From positions 3,759 to 67,758 of the IMG/VR virus record IMGVR_UViG_2531839647_000001: a stretch of 64,000 bases of DNA. The stretch is one strand, 5' to 3'. How positions within the stretch are numbered: the stretch's first letter is position 1; each line of letters begins with the position of its first letter. Below the pieces are notes generated by a model. It was not told the origin of the DNA, made no database searches, and saw only the letters and a program-made list of their open reading frames with translations. Made by a program: the position numbers and the translations under genes. This document shows, piece by piece, positions 1 through 8,159 of this stretch. Source of the stretch: a virus (taxonomy: Duplodnaviria > Caudoviricetes).

Positions 1-430
1 CAGTGCATTGATTAATTAAATTCAATGCATACTTATCATTTAAAGCGTTAATTAAAGCTTTACTAAACATATCAATCTCTGTCTTATCATCATTAATACC
101 AGGATGGACCGTAAAGTAAACAGAGATAGGCTTTTTAGATCCATGGCGATGCACATGACCTGAAAACTTATATAACTTGAAATTCTCAAGTTTTACTGAG
201 TTGTATTCAAATGCACCGCTCATTTCCTCAATTTTATTGATTTGAGCAAGTTGAGATAAATAACTATCAAAAGAATGTAAATTTCTTGGCAAATTAAAGT
301 CTTCAATTACAGTTTCTTCACCTAACCAAAAACTTAAATAAAGGTCATCTTTAGAAATATATCGACGCTCCCCGTTTACTTGATGCCAGCTATTATTTTC
401 AAGTACAGATTTAATATTTTCAAAGTTCAT
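1..430 (-). CDS. Hypothetical protein, 3' end runs off the window (MNFENIKSVLENNSWHQ...)
   Basis: Manual translation: ATG at 430, open frame to position 2. Absent from the ORF track because it has no stop in the window. Confidence 0.6.
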   Translation of the reverse strand, partial: MNFENIKSVLENNSWHQVNGERRYISKDDLYLSFWLGEETVIEDFNLPRNLHSFDSYLSQLAQINKIEEMSGAFEYNSVKLENFKLYKFSGHVHRHGSKKPISVYFTVHPGINDDKTEIDMFSKALINALNDKYALNLINQCT

Positions 431-511
431 AGGTGTACCATTGTTTGATAAAGCGATCTAGTTTAATAAGATTATGGCTTCCCCCTTCACTTTCAAGTCC
501 TTTAAATAATT

Positions 512-544
512 AAATAAATACGCTCAAAATGAGCGTATTTATTT
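512..544. terminator. Bidirectional intrinsic terminator-like palindrome
   Basis: aaataaatacgctca-aaa-tgagcgtatttattt, a perfect 15-bp stem downstream of the ddrB-like gene. Confidence 0.75.
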
Positions 545-595
545 ATCTCTGATTTCAAAATGCTAAATCAATATGGTTCTCTTGCTCAAATTCAT

Positions 596-2107
596 CTAAA
601 CATCTAATCCTTCTAAAAGAATGTCATTTATTTTGTTCGCTTCTTGATTATCCTTGTCATTACTTTGATCTATTCTAATTTTCAAAGCACTGTGGAAACG
701 TTCAGCTTCCTCTTTGGTTAATCTAATTATTTTAGAGCTACTTGAACTGCTGGAATCAACCAAGGAATCGTACATTTGTACACTTATGAATTCGTGACCA
801 AGTACTTGTTGTGCGTATTGAATGGCATCTTTTACGCTCACGGGCTCAGGCTCACCAAACAAACCTACATTACTGCTATCTAAAGCCTGTTTCTCTGCAA
901 ATTCAGCTAAAGCTTTAAATAACATACTCATTTTTTTTGAACTGCGGCTATTCTTGGCGAGAAACACAGCGAGCTCAGCAACACCTTCTCCCAGATCCTC
1001 AAAAAGCCCTTGCTGCTTTACAAACTCAACAATATCTTGATCATTTTGCTTTGCAGATAAAATAGTGTTTGCTGCATCAATAATTGCATTAGCAACACGC
1101 TGATCTATAGCTTGCTCCATACCATCAACGATTTGATCTGATATATCTTGAACATTCCCACGACCTATAGCTTGCGCTTCAATGAATTTAGGCGCTGCAA
1201 CACCTAGCGCATTTAGCATGTTTTGAAGATCTGGTTTTGTATGGTCAGCCATCATTTCTAGCAAACGGTCATCATTGTAAGCTTTACTAAAAATTGCGGC
1301 CTTAATTCTGCTAATGAGTGCTTGTGTTGGCTTTTTATCTTTGGTGGTGTACTGGGCTGCTTCTGTATCACCTAATTTAGTTAAAAATCCTTGAATAAAC
1401 TTTTGATTACTTACTGCAAGTAAATCGCCATCTTCACTTGGATTAAAGAGAGCCAGTAAATTCTCATCTAACCGCTTCGCATCTGCTTTAGCCCGCTCGG
1501 TAGCTGAAAAAGACAACTTATCATCTTGGTTAGCATCTATTGCAAATTGAGCTCTATCAATCTCAGTCGTACGAATACGTATCAAGATTGGTTGAGCTAT
1601 TGCTTGGACCTGTTCACTGCTAAAGCCAAAGTAATCAGCTTCATCAATCAACCATTGTTTATACTCATCTGCGGTACCGCGCTCATAGGCAAGCTTGATT
1701 GCCATTGTTCGGCCATTTCCTGATTCAACAACTAAATCATCACCAGTTATCGGTGCTCCCGTGTCTGCCCGACCTGAGCGGCCTAGGCTTTCGGGGTCTA
1801 AATCATTAGCAGTTTTCTGTACCCATGCTTGTGAGGATTCACGACTACGATCTCGTGGCTGCAATTCTTGCGGATAATTAGGGTTTTCCGCACCAGTTGC
1901 TGTATGAGATGCAATGACTTGATCAATATCAACTAAAGCGAATACAGTAGAAATCTTTTGTCCTTTGGCTGTTTTCACATTATTAGTTCTACCCTTCAAA
2001 AGCCTAGTAAAGGGCTGTTTAGGTTTAAAGAAACTAATCATTTGATCAATTACAACTAATGGATTTTTAGCAATATCTTGAGTAGAAATTAGATTTAAAG
2101 TAGTCAT
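596..2107 (-). CDS. DdrB-like ParB-superfamily protein (P1 anti-restriction/head cargo type)
   Basis: NPNYPQELQPRDR, GAPI..DDLVVESGNGRTMAI and FAIDAN motifs typical of the ddrB-like ParB domain; directly follows the DarA-like gene. Confidence 0.75.
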   Translation of the reverse strand: MTTLNLISTQDIAKNPLVVIDQMISFFKPKQPFTRLLKGRTNNVKTAKGQKISTVFALVDIDQVIASHTATGAENPNYPQELQPRDRSRESSQAWVQKTANDLDPESLGRSGRADTGAPITGDDLVVESGNGRTMAIKLAYERGTADEYKQWLIDEADYFGFSSEQVQAIAQPILIRIRTTEIDRAQFAIDANQDDKLSFSATERAKADAKRLDENLLALFNPSEDGDLLAVSNQKFIQGFLTKLGDTEAAQYTTKDKKPTQALISRIKAAIFSKAYNDDRLLEMMADHTKPDLQNMLNALGVAAPKFIEAQAIGRGNVQDISDQIVDGMEQAIDQRVANAIIDAANTILSAKQNDQDIVEFVKQQGLFEDLGEGVAELAVFLAKNSRSSKKMSMLFKALAEFAEKQALDSSNVGLFGEPEPVSVKDAIQYAQQVLGHEFISVQMYDSLVDSSSSSSSKIIRLTKEEAERFHSALKIRIDQSNDKDNQEANKINDILLEGLDV

Positions 2108-4059
2108 TAGATATTCTCCGCTTCCATTTTTTGTACTTGATTCAAGAGTTCTGTCACCGCTGGAATAAGAAGTGGATCATTTAAGTCTTTTTCTGCTTCA
2201 TCTCGAATTTGCTCTAATAACTCAAGATTAACTTTAACCTGCCCTTCAATTACTGAACGGTAAAGTTGATTACCTTCATCATTTGTCGTACTAGGCTGAA
2301 GATCTTCAACTTCTGTCGGAGCATTTAGTTCTTTAGATTCATCATTATCTGAATTTTGGGTTGGCTCTTTATTACTGAGGCGATCCGCTAAATGTTCATC
2401 TGCCCATGCTCTTGAATATTCATAAAATGCTGTTAAATATTCTTGTGAACCTTCGGCCCCATTCCAGTTTTTTAAGAATTCACTACGGCGATCTGAAACC
2501 CAAGCCATAAAGTCAATATTGTTAGAATCTTCAGGATTTTCCAAAGTGTCTAACCATGCTTGCATCATTTTGTTTTCAGCTATACCAGCTGCACGTGCTG
2601 CTAATACTTCTTCATCTCTTTTTTGGTTTTCTTCATTTTCAGCATCAATAAGTTTTTTTGCTTCTAATTCTGCTTGCTGTTGAGCCAAAGCCTGGTCATC
2701 TAGTTCAGAAATCCATTCACGTGCCCAAGCTACTGCATCAGAATCACCCTCTAGAGCCTTATTGATACGTTTAAAGAATGCTTGGTAACGTAAACCATCT
2801 TCACCTGCCCATTCAGGATCAGCATTTAAACGCTTTAAGTCGGCTTTTAAACGTTCGGCTTCTTCATCAGAAATACTATCTGGTAAATCATTATCGAGGT
2901 TATTCTCATTAATGATTCCTTCATTTTCTTCAGATTGATGTGTTAACAATGAATTTTGCAACTGATCCAATTCGTTTAATAAATTGGAAATTTCAGCACT
3001 TAAAGAATTCAATTGTCTTTGTTTTTGCTCGAGGCGTAGTTCAGCATCTGCTAATGCCTTGGCCTTTTCTGCTTTTTTAGATTGTAACCGCTTAAAACGA
3101 TTACTATTTTGGTTAATCAGCTTCATAATTCGACCAGCGAGCACTGGAATTGAAATTCCTTCTCCCTGATTAGGTTGAATGGCAGCTGTAATATCGCGAT
3201 TGTTCATTAAGATCTTCCATGAAATTAATGAATCTGCTGGGCTAATTTTTTTTGATAATCGATCTGGTTTATGAAAAAGGATTGTGAAGTTTTGGCCGTC
3301 ATCAAAATCATAAGTAAGGGCAATTTGAAGGACTTTTTTATGCTTAAAGGGCTTACTTTCCGTAACGTTAACGATTTTGACGCCAGTTTTTGAAAACTGT
3401 TCCATAGAGTGATGCAATATTGCAGACAGCTGCTCTAAATGCTGGTAATCAACAATAATAGAATCATAATGCGCTTCTTCTACACATAGACTAGATAAAA
3501 GCGTAGGTAACCCATCAAATTTACTTAATAATTGACTGTGATCATCATTTCGTTGCATATCTAATAACAACTTAGAAGTATCACCCTCATGAGAAGTTAA
3601 ATTGATTCCATCCCATTCAGGCTTTTCAGCTGCTACGACATTTTGTAATTGTTCTAGTTGCCATCTTTGAATCGGTTTTGAACCCGTCAAATTAAATTGT
3701 TTTGAAGATAAATGGCGTTTAAGTCCAAATTGATTTGTTTCAATAACATCTGTAACACATGCATCAAACATGCGGCCAAATTGCAGTATCGCTAAATCAG
3801 CTGCATGCTGGTCATCGATAGCGCCTAATACCGCAACGGAATCAAACGCATCCATCCCACTCTTTTTGCCTTTTAAATTTACAACACGCCAGAAATCATT
3901 TTCCGTGTAATCTTCAGTGACTAAAGCATTAATTTGACGGTAATCACCCTTAATAAACCCAATTGAACAAGCACCACTATTCACCATGGAGTCAAAACCA
4001 TGGACTAATCGGCTTTGATGTGGTGCGTGTGTTTGAATGAAAATTGATTTAACACTCAC
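2107..4059 (-). CDS. darA: DarA-related defence-against-restriction protein (DarA_N domain plus coiled coil)
   Basis: FDDGQNFTILFHKPD...LISWKILMNNRDITAAIQP...LAGRIMKLINQNSNRF resembles the P1 DarA N-terminal domain; coiled coil follows. Confidence 0.75.
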   Translation of the reverse strand: MSVKSIFIQTHAPHQSRLVHGFDSMVNSGACSIGFIKGDYRQINALVTEDYTENDFWRVVNLKGKKSGMDAFDSVAVLGAIDDQHAADLAILQFGRMFDACVTDVIETNQFGLKRHLSSKQFNLTGSKPIQRWQLEQLQNVVAAEKPEWDGINLTSHEGDTSKLLLDMQRNDDHSQLLSKFDGLPTLLSSLCVEEAHYDSIIVDYQHLEQLSAILHHSMEQFSKTGVKIVNVTESKPFKHKKVLQIALTYDFDDGQNFTILFHKPDRLSKKISPADSLISWKILMNNRDITAAIQPNQGEGISIPVLAGRIMKLINQNSNRFKRLQSKKAEKAKALADAELRLEQKQRQLNSLSAEISNLLNELDQLQNSLLTHQSEENEGIINENNLDNDLPDSISDEEAERLKADLKRLNADPEWAGEDGLRYQAFFKRINKALEGDSDAVAWAREWISELDDQALAQQQAELEAKKLIDAENEENQKRDEEVLAARAAGIAENKMMQAWLDTLENPEDSNNIDFMAWVSDRRSEFLKNWNGAEGSQEYLTAFYEYSRAWADEHLADRLSNKEPTQNSDNDESKELNAPTEVEDLQPSTTNDEGNQLYRSVIEGQVKVNLELLEQIRDEAEKDLNDPLLIPAVTELLNQVQKMEAENI

Positions 4060-4087
4060 GGAGTTATCCTCATTTTAATTTGAGGAT

Positions 4088-4128
4088 ATTTTCTCAATTA
4101 GGTGAATCTATAAAGCCAATGAGTTCCA
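4088..4128 (-). promoter_or_regulatory. Putative late promoter (TGGAAC-N30-AAAAT) for the darA-ddrB operon
   Basis: One of 13 fixed-spacing copies found in intergenic gaps. Confidence 0.75.
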
Positions 4129-4132
4129 TAGC

Positions 4133-4786
4133 TTATTTTAAGTTGGGAAACATTTTGATGAAATTTAAAGTAACAATGGCATGTGCTTTATTAGAGGCAT
4201 CAAGGGGCAAATTGCCTGCTTGAAGTGAAACTAGATGCTCAATTTCAAATTGGTTCTGATTTCTTGCAGCTTTATCAAAAGCATATATTTTTAATCTCAT
4301 TAAGTATTCAATTGGTAGCGATTGAGTACCATCTTTATTAAACATTATTTCTTTTATAGCTTTAGCACTATTCGCAATAGCCGCCTCTTTAGTCTCAATA
4401 AATGAAATGCTCAACTCATTTGAAGCATTGCCAGTTACATGGTTGAGTTGAAAGTGCCCCACATGCACTGCATCGGTTTGGGCATCTAGTAGTGATACAT
4501 CTACATTATTGGCTAACCAAGCAACTTTATTTGAAGGATCAAAAATTGGAATATTTGCTTGAGCAATTTTACTGTTTGCACGGTAAGGGCGAATTTCAAT
4601 TCCAAAATGGGCAGCAGAAAGTGTCCCTAATGCATAAAGTTCCTGATAATGTGAAACAGCTCGGTCAACAGTTAGACCAGACCACAAGACAGGATTCTTA
4701 GCAAAACGTTCTTTAAACGGATTTAAAACGTTTCCCAAACTGTTATTTATAGTTTTATTCTGTGTTTCGTAATCAAAAAAAGCCAT
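4133..4786 (-). CDS. Virion structural protein, possibly tail-tube-like or baseplate
   Basis: Coupled to the portal gene; beta-rich pattern (ELSISFIET...IVTLNF). Confidence 0.4.
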   Translation of the reverse strand: MAFFDYETQNKTINNSLGNVLNPFKERFAKNPVLWSGLTVDRAVSHYQELYALGTLSAAHFGIEIRPYRANSKIAQANIPIFDPSNKVAWLANNVDVSLLDAQTDAVHVGHFQLNHVTGNASNELSISFIETKEAAIANSAKAIKEIMFNKDGTQSLPIEYLMRLKIYAFDKAARNQNQFEIEHLVSLQAGNLPLDASNKAHAIVTLNFIKMFPNLK

Positions 4787-6321
4787 TATTCTTCATCCTC
4801 TGGAAATTTACGGCTCTTAGCAATACTTTCAGCTAATGTTAATGCTTCCTCATATTTCATACCTGTATCGCGCTCAAGAATGTACGCCATAATATCTACA
4901 TCTAAGTTTGATTCTTTCAATGATGCGATTACTTGTGTTTTAAGTAATGTTGTATTCATTCTTGATTGAGCATTGTTGATTTCTTCTGTCGCGGCTGCAG
5001 TTTGGTTTGAATAATATTCAACTTGCCAAGGGTAATCTTCAGGCTCAAATTGTTCGTTGTAAGCAAACCCCCAATCCAAGTGAAGAATTTGATTAATCCC
5101 TTCAGAAGATGCTGTTCGAATATCTTGTGACCTACGCATGATTTGTGCAGAAGTATGGAATGCACCGCCTTCACCGATACCACCGGTTAGCATATCTGCC
5201 CAACCGACCATGCTTGGATCTAGACCAATTCCGCCCATGAGCAAACGGACATTAATCATGAACTGTTCAATATTAATGGGTGAGCTTCGTTGATTCTTGA
5301 TATCACCTACTGGATTTAAAACTTGTTTTTCATCAAATACTGGAAGCATGTGAAAAGCAGTATTCCAGACTGCTTCACCACCTGATAAAGCATCACGGAC
5401 ATAAGCCTCATGATTTTTAAGTAAACCTTCTAAACCACGGATATAGGCTTGACGTTGTGCTGGTGGCATTCCCGACATATTTACTGTCAAGAACATCTGA
5501 TTTACGGTATCTGCAATTTGCTGGCTGTTCATAGATGCTAAAGCAAGGATTACATCATCATAAATGTCTTCAATTTCGTAAAGGAATGAGCCGCCTAAAT
5601 GCGCTGGTAAGATTGGTAGCTCATCTGGATCATCCCCTTCTAACATTTTCGTGACAAGACCAGTTTCTACAAGCTCATATTGAGCAATATTGCTCATACG
5701 GGGCATTTTGAAACGTACCATTTGAATAGTATTCAGTTTTGTAATAGTTTTTTGCCAATTACGAGGATCTAAGCAATAAAACGCTACAGTTTTACTGCCT
5801 TGTTCAAATGGCTGTATCAAAGGTGGATACGTATATTCATTACATACTAGATCAATTACACCTTTATCTTTTTTCCCGTAAATACGTGCATAAGAATCAC
5901 CAAATGAAATTGCATCTCGGGCTAGCTTGCTTAAATACTTATTGATCAGCTTTTCCATCTTTACACGGCGCTCATCAAGTTGTTTTTTTAATTTTTCAGC
6001 TGCTGGTCCATTGGCCTTTTTCAAACGTTCGGCTGGTGTAATAAATACTTGTTGGCCGCTATAAGAATCTCCTCCTAATGCGGCAGAAACATGAATCCCC
6101 ATACCTTCAGCAATCGGCGCAAAGCGCAACATTCTCTCCCATTTTGTGAGTATTTCTTTGCGAGTACGTTTCTTATTGGCTTTGGTTTGATTAGTCCCAA
6201 GTGAAAATGGTGCCATGGTTTCATATAGCTGCGCCGTGGAATCCTGATTAGCCGTATCGAATTGCTGATCATATGAATTTACATTTTCACCGAGTAACAA
6301 CGATAAGAACCGAGAAGACAT
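4786..6321 (-). CDS. Portal protein (P1 Prt-like)
   Basis: 511 aa; ARDAISFGDSYARI, GGSFLYEIE and GLDPSMVGWAD..GGIGEGG patterns seen in P1/T4-type portals. Confidence 0.7.
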   Translation of the reverse strand: MSSRFLSLLLGENVNSYDQQFDTANQDSTAQLYETMAPFSLGTNQTKANKKRTRKEILTKWERMLRFAPIAEGMGIHVSAALGGDSYSGQQVFITPAERLKKANGPAAEKLKKQLDERRVKMEKLINKYLSKLARDAISFGDSYARIYGKKDKGVIDLVCNEYTYPPLIQPFEQGSKTVAFYCLDPRNWQKTITKLNTIQMVRFKMPRMSNIAQYELVETGLVTKMLEGDDPDELPILPAHLGGSFLYEIEDIYDDVILALASMNSQQIADTVNQMFLTVNMSGMPPAQRQAYIRGLEGLLKNHEAYVRDALSGGEAVWNTAFHMLPVFDEKQVLNPVGDIKNQRSSPINIEQFMINVRLLMGGIGLDPSMVGWADMLTGGIGEGGAFHTSAQIMRRSQDIRTASSEGINQILHLDWGFAYNEQFEPEDYPWQVEYYSNQTAAATEEINNAQSRMNTTLLKTQVIASLKESNLDVDIMAYILERDTGMKYEEALTLAESIAKSRKFPEDEE

Positions 6322-6351
6322 AACTAAGCCAAAATACCTAAATAATTAAGT

Positions 6352-6392
6352 ATTTTGATGGCTACCATTTTTTAACTTTTAGATGAGTTCCA
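6352..6392 (-). promoter_or_regulatory. Putative late promoter (TGGAAC-N30-AAAAT) for the portal operon
   Basis: gttcca at 6387-6392 and atttt at 6352-6356 on the + strand. Confidence 0.75.
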
Positions 6393-6400
6393 AAGTGAAT

Positions 6401-6441
6401 TGGAACCCTACAGATTTAATAAATCTGGAGCATGCAATTCT
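6401..6441 (+). promoter_or_regulatory. Putative late promoter (TGGAAC-N30-ATTCT) for the 64-aa gene, back to back with the portal promoter
   Basis: Only plus-strand copy; followed by the hairpin tctgaaca...tgttcaga overlapping the GAGGA RBS. Confidence 0.7.
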
Positions 6442-6480
6442 ATCTGAACATATTTTTTAATCTGTTCAGAGGAAAAGCTC

Positions 6481-6675
6481 ATGGCTGAAGTTAAAGTATT
6501 TAATGATTTAGATATCGAATTAGCTCAAAAAACCAAAGACATTGTAAATGCCCAACGTTTTAACAACCGCCCTGCTTTCAAAACATTAAACCTAGGCTGG
6601 GATCTTGAAACTGGTTCCATTGCAGTTAACTACACTTTTGTAGAAGAACCGCCAGTTAACGATCAGCCTGCTTAA
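6481..6675 (+). CDS. Small hypothetical late protein
   Basis: GAGGA RBS, its own late-promoter motif and a downstream terminator. Confidence 0.7.
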   Translation: MAEVKVFNDLDIELAQKTKDIVNAQRFNNRPAFKTLNLGWDLETGSIAVNYTFVEEPPVNDQPA

Positions 6676-6683
6676 CAGTTAAT

Positions 6684-6710
6684 AAAGCGCTCTTAAATGA
6701 GCGCTTTTTT
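6684..6710 (+). terminator. Intrinsic terminator
   Basis: aaagcgctc-ttaaat-gagcgctttttt. Confidence 0.75.
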
Positions 6711-6765
6711 ATTCTCCTTAAATGAATATTGCCTTACTTAAACTTCAATTGGTAAAACTATTCTC

Positions 6766-7038
6766 ATGAAATACTTGATAATATTATTTGTTTTTTTAAG
6801 TGGCTGCTCTACATTTATTGAGCATAATAGAGTTATTCCATTTCCTGAACGTACTATTTCACATATTGAAATTAGAAAACTTAATGGAGGTAATCCCAAA
6901 ACACTGGCCTATGCAGATATTACGGGTGATTCCTGTATAATCTATTTACGAAAGTATCCGCAATGCTTAGCACATGAAATAAGACATTGCTATGAAGGTA
7001 ATTGGCATGAAGGGCGTGAAAGTCAAGAATGGTGCTAA
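6766..7038 (+). CDS. Small lipoprotein with an HExxH motif; Cor-like superinfection-exclusion candidate
   Basis: Lipobox MKYLIILFVFLSGC; AHEIRH; convergent with the tail-tip genes. Confidence 0.55.
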   Translation: MKYLIILFVFLSGCSTFIEHNRVIPFPERTISHIEIRKLNGGNPKTLAYADITGDSCIIYLRKYPQCLAHEIRHCYEGNWHEGRESQEWC

Positions 7039-7793
7039 GCGTTAGGTATATGAAAAAAGTACATCAGGAAATTTGAACTGAATGCCCTTTTAATACAATC
7101 ACCATAAGGGTCATTTGAATCTCCACGATAGTAATATCGGTTTCCTTTTCTCGTGACATTAACCCAAGAACAGCTCCAACTTTCTTCACCTGCATTCCAT
7201 ACACTCGCTGACATGTTATAAACATATATGTTGTCTGGATTATAAGGAGCAGGTACTTCAAAGTACTTGTTCCAATCTTTAAACAATTCAGTGTTTTCTT
7301 TATCAATCTCCACAGTATGAATAATAGTAGGAGAGTTGATTAAGCTTGCAGCACTCCACAGTAACTCACCTTTATCATTCATAACGTCTAAATAACCACT
7401 ACCATTCTGATTGGCATCCATAAGCTTAATAGGATACATGTAAGCAGTACTGTTGTTATTAGGGATAGCCATACAACCTTCTTCACCATTAATTGAGGTA
7501 ACATGTCCTCCAGGACATATACCTATAGTATGGCCTTCTTTAGGTTGCCATAGATGTATCTTACCTTTTAAAGTATATGGGAATGAGGTTTTACCTGATG
7601 GGTCAACATTATGTAAATAAGGTCTATCAGATAATAAAGAGCCGTCATAAGCACTATGTAATATACCGTTCCACGTATATTGTGTAGGTAAAGTGGAAAC
7701 ATCAATTTTCTTCTGAGAGCCTCCTGAATATACTCTAGTAGTATCATCCAAAATTACCTCAACATTAGCATCTGTAACACTAAACGAAGTCAT
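7035..7793 (-). CDS. Tail-tip associated or receptor-binding protein candidate
   Basis: Second gene after the J-like fibre; GYLDVMNDKGELLWSA resembles T1-like tail-tip proteins. Confidence 0.45.
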   Translation of the reverse strand: MTSFSVTDANVEVILDDTTRVYSGGSQKKIDVSTLPTQYTWNGILHSAYDGSLLSDRPYLHNVDPSGKTSFPYTLKGKIHLWQPKEGHTIGICPGGHVTSINGEEGCMAIPNNNSTAYMYPIKLMDANQNGSGYLDVMNDKGELLWSAASLINSPTIIHTVEIDKENTELFKDWNKYFEVPAPYNPDNIYVYNMSASVWNAGEESWSCSWVNVTRKGNRYYYRGDSNDPYGDCIKRAFSSNFLMYFFHIPNA

Positions 7794-8116
7794 TATAAGC
7801 TCACTACAATTACAGGTTTAAGGGCGGCTTTTAGCTGTTCTTGAGTATAGTCATTAGTGCTGTATGAGACACCTTCTGAAACTATACCTGATGAGACTAT
7901 AGTATCCCCTCTAACAATATCGTTACCATTAACTAGATGGATAAGGTGTCTAGTATTTCTATACTGTTCAGGCACCAAATAGTGGACAAGACAGTTTGAC
8001 CCATAAAATTGATAACCAACAGGAGTCAGTTCAGCAGCGTATCGCAACCCCCTATGACCGTCTGCATTAAATACCACAACTCCATTTTCATCCATAATTT
8101 CTAAACCAAAAGGCAT
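7793..8116 (-). CDS. Small tail-tip associated protein
   Basis: MPFGLEIMDENG N-terminus is typical of genes following J-like central fibres; GAGG RBS. Confidence 0.5.
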   Translation of the reverse strand: MPFGLEIMDENGVVVFNADGHRGLRYAAELTPVGYQFYGSNCLVHYLVPEQYRNTRHLIHLVNGNDIVRGDTIVSSGIVSEGVSYSTNDYTQEQLKAALKPVIVVSL

Positions 8117-8132
8117 CTTAACCTCTATAAAT

Positions 8133-8153
8133 AAAGGGCTAGAAAACTAGCCC
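8133..8153 (-). terminator. Terminator-like hairpin after the giant fibre gene
   Basis: gggctag-aaaa-ctagccc with a short U tract on the minus strand. Confidence 0.5.
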
Positions 8154-8159
8154 AATTTC

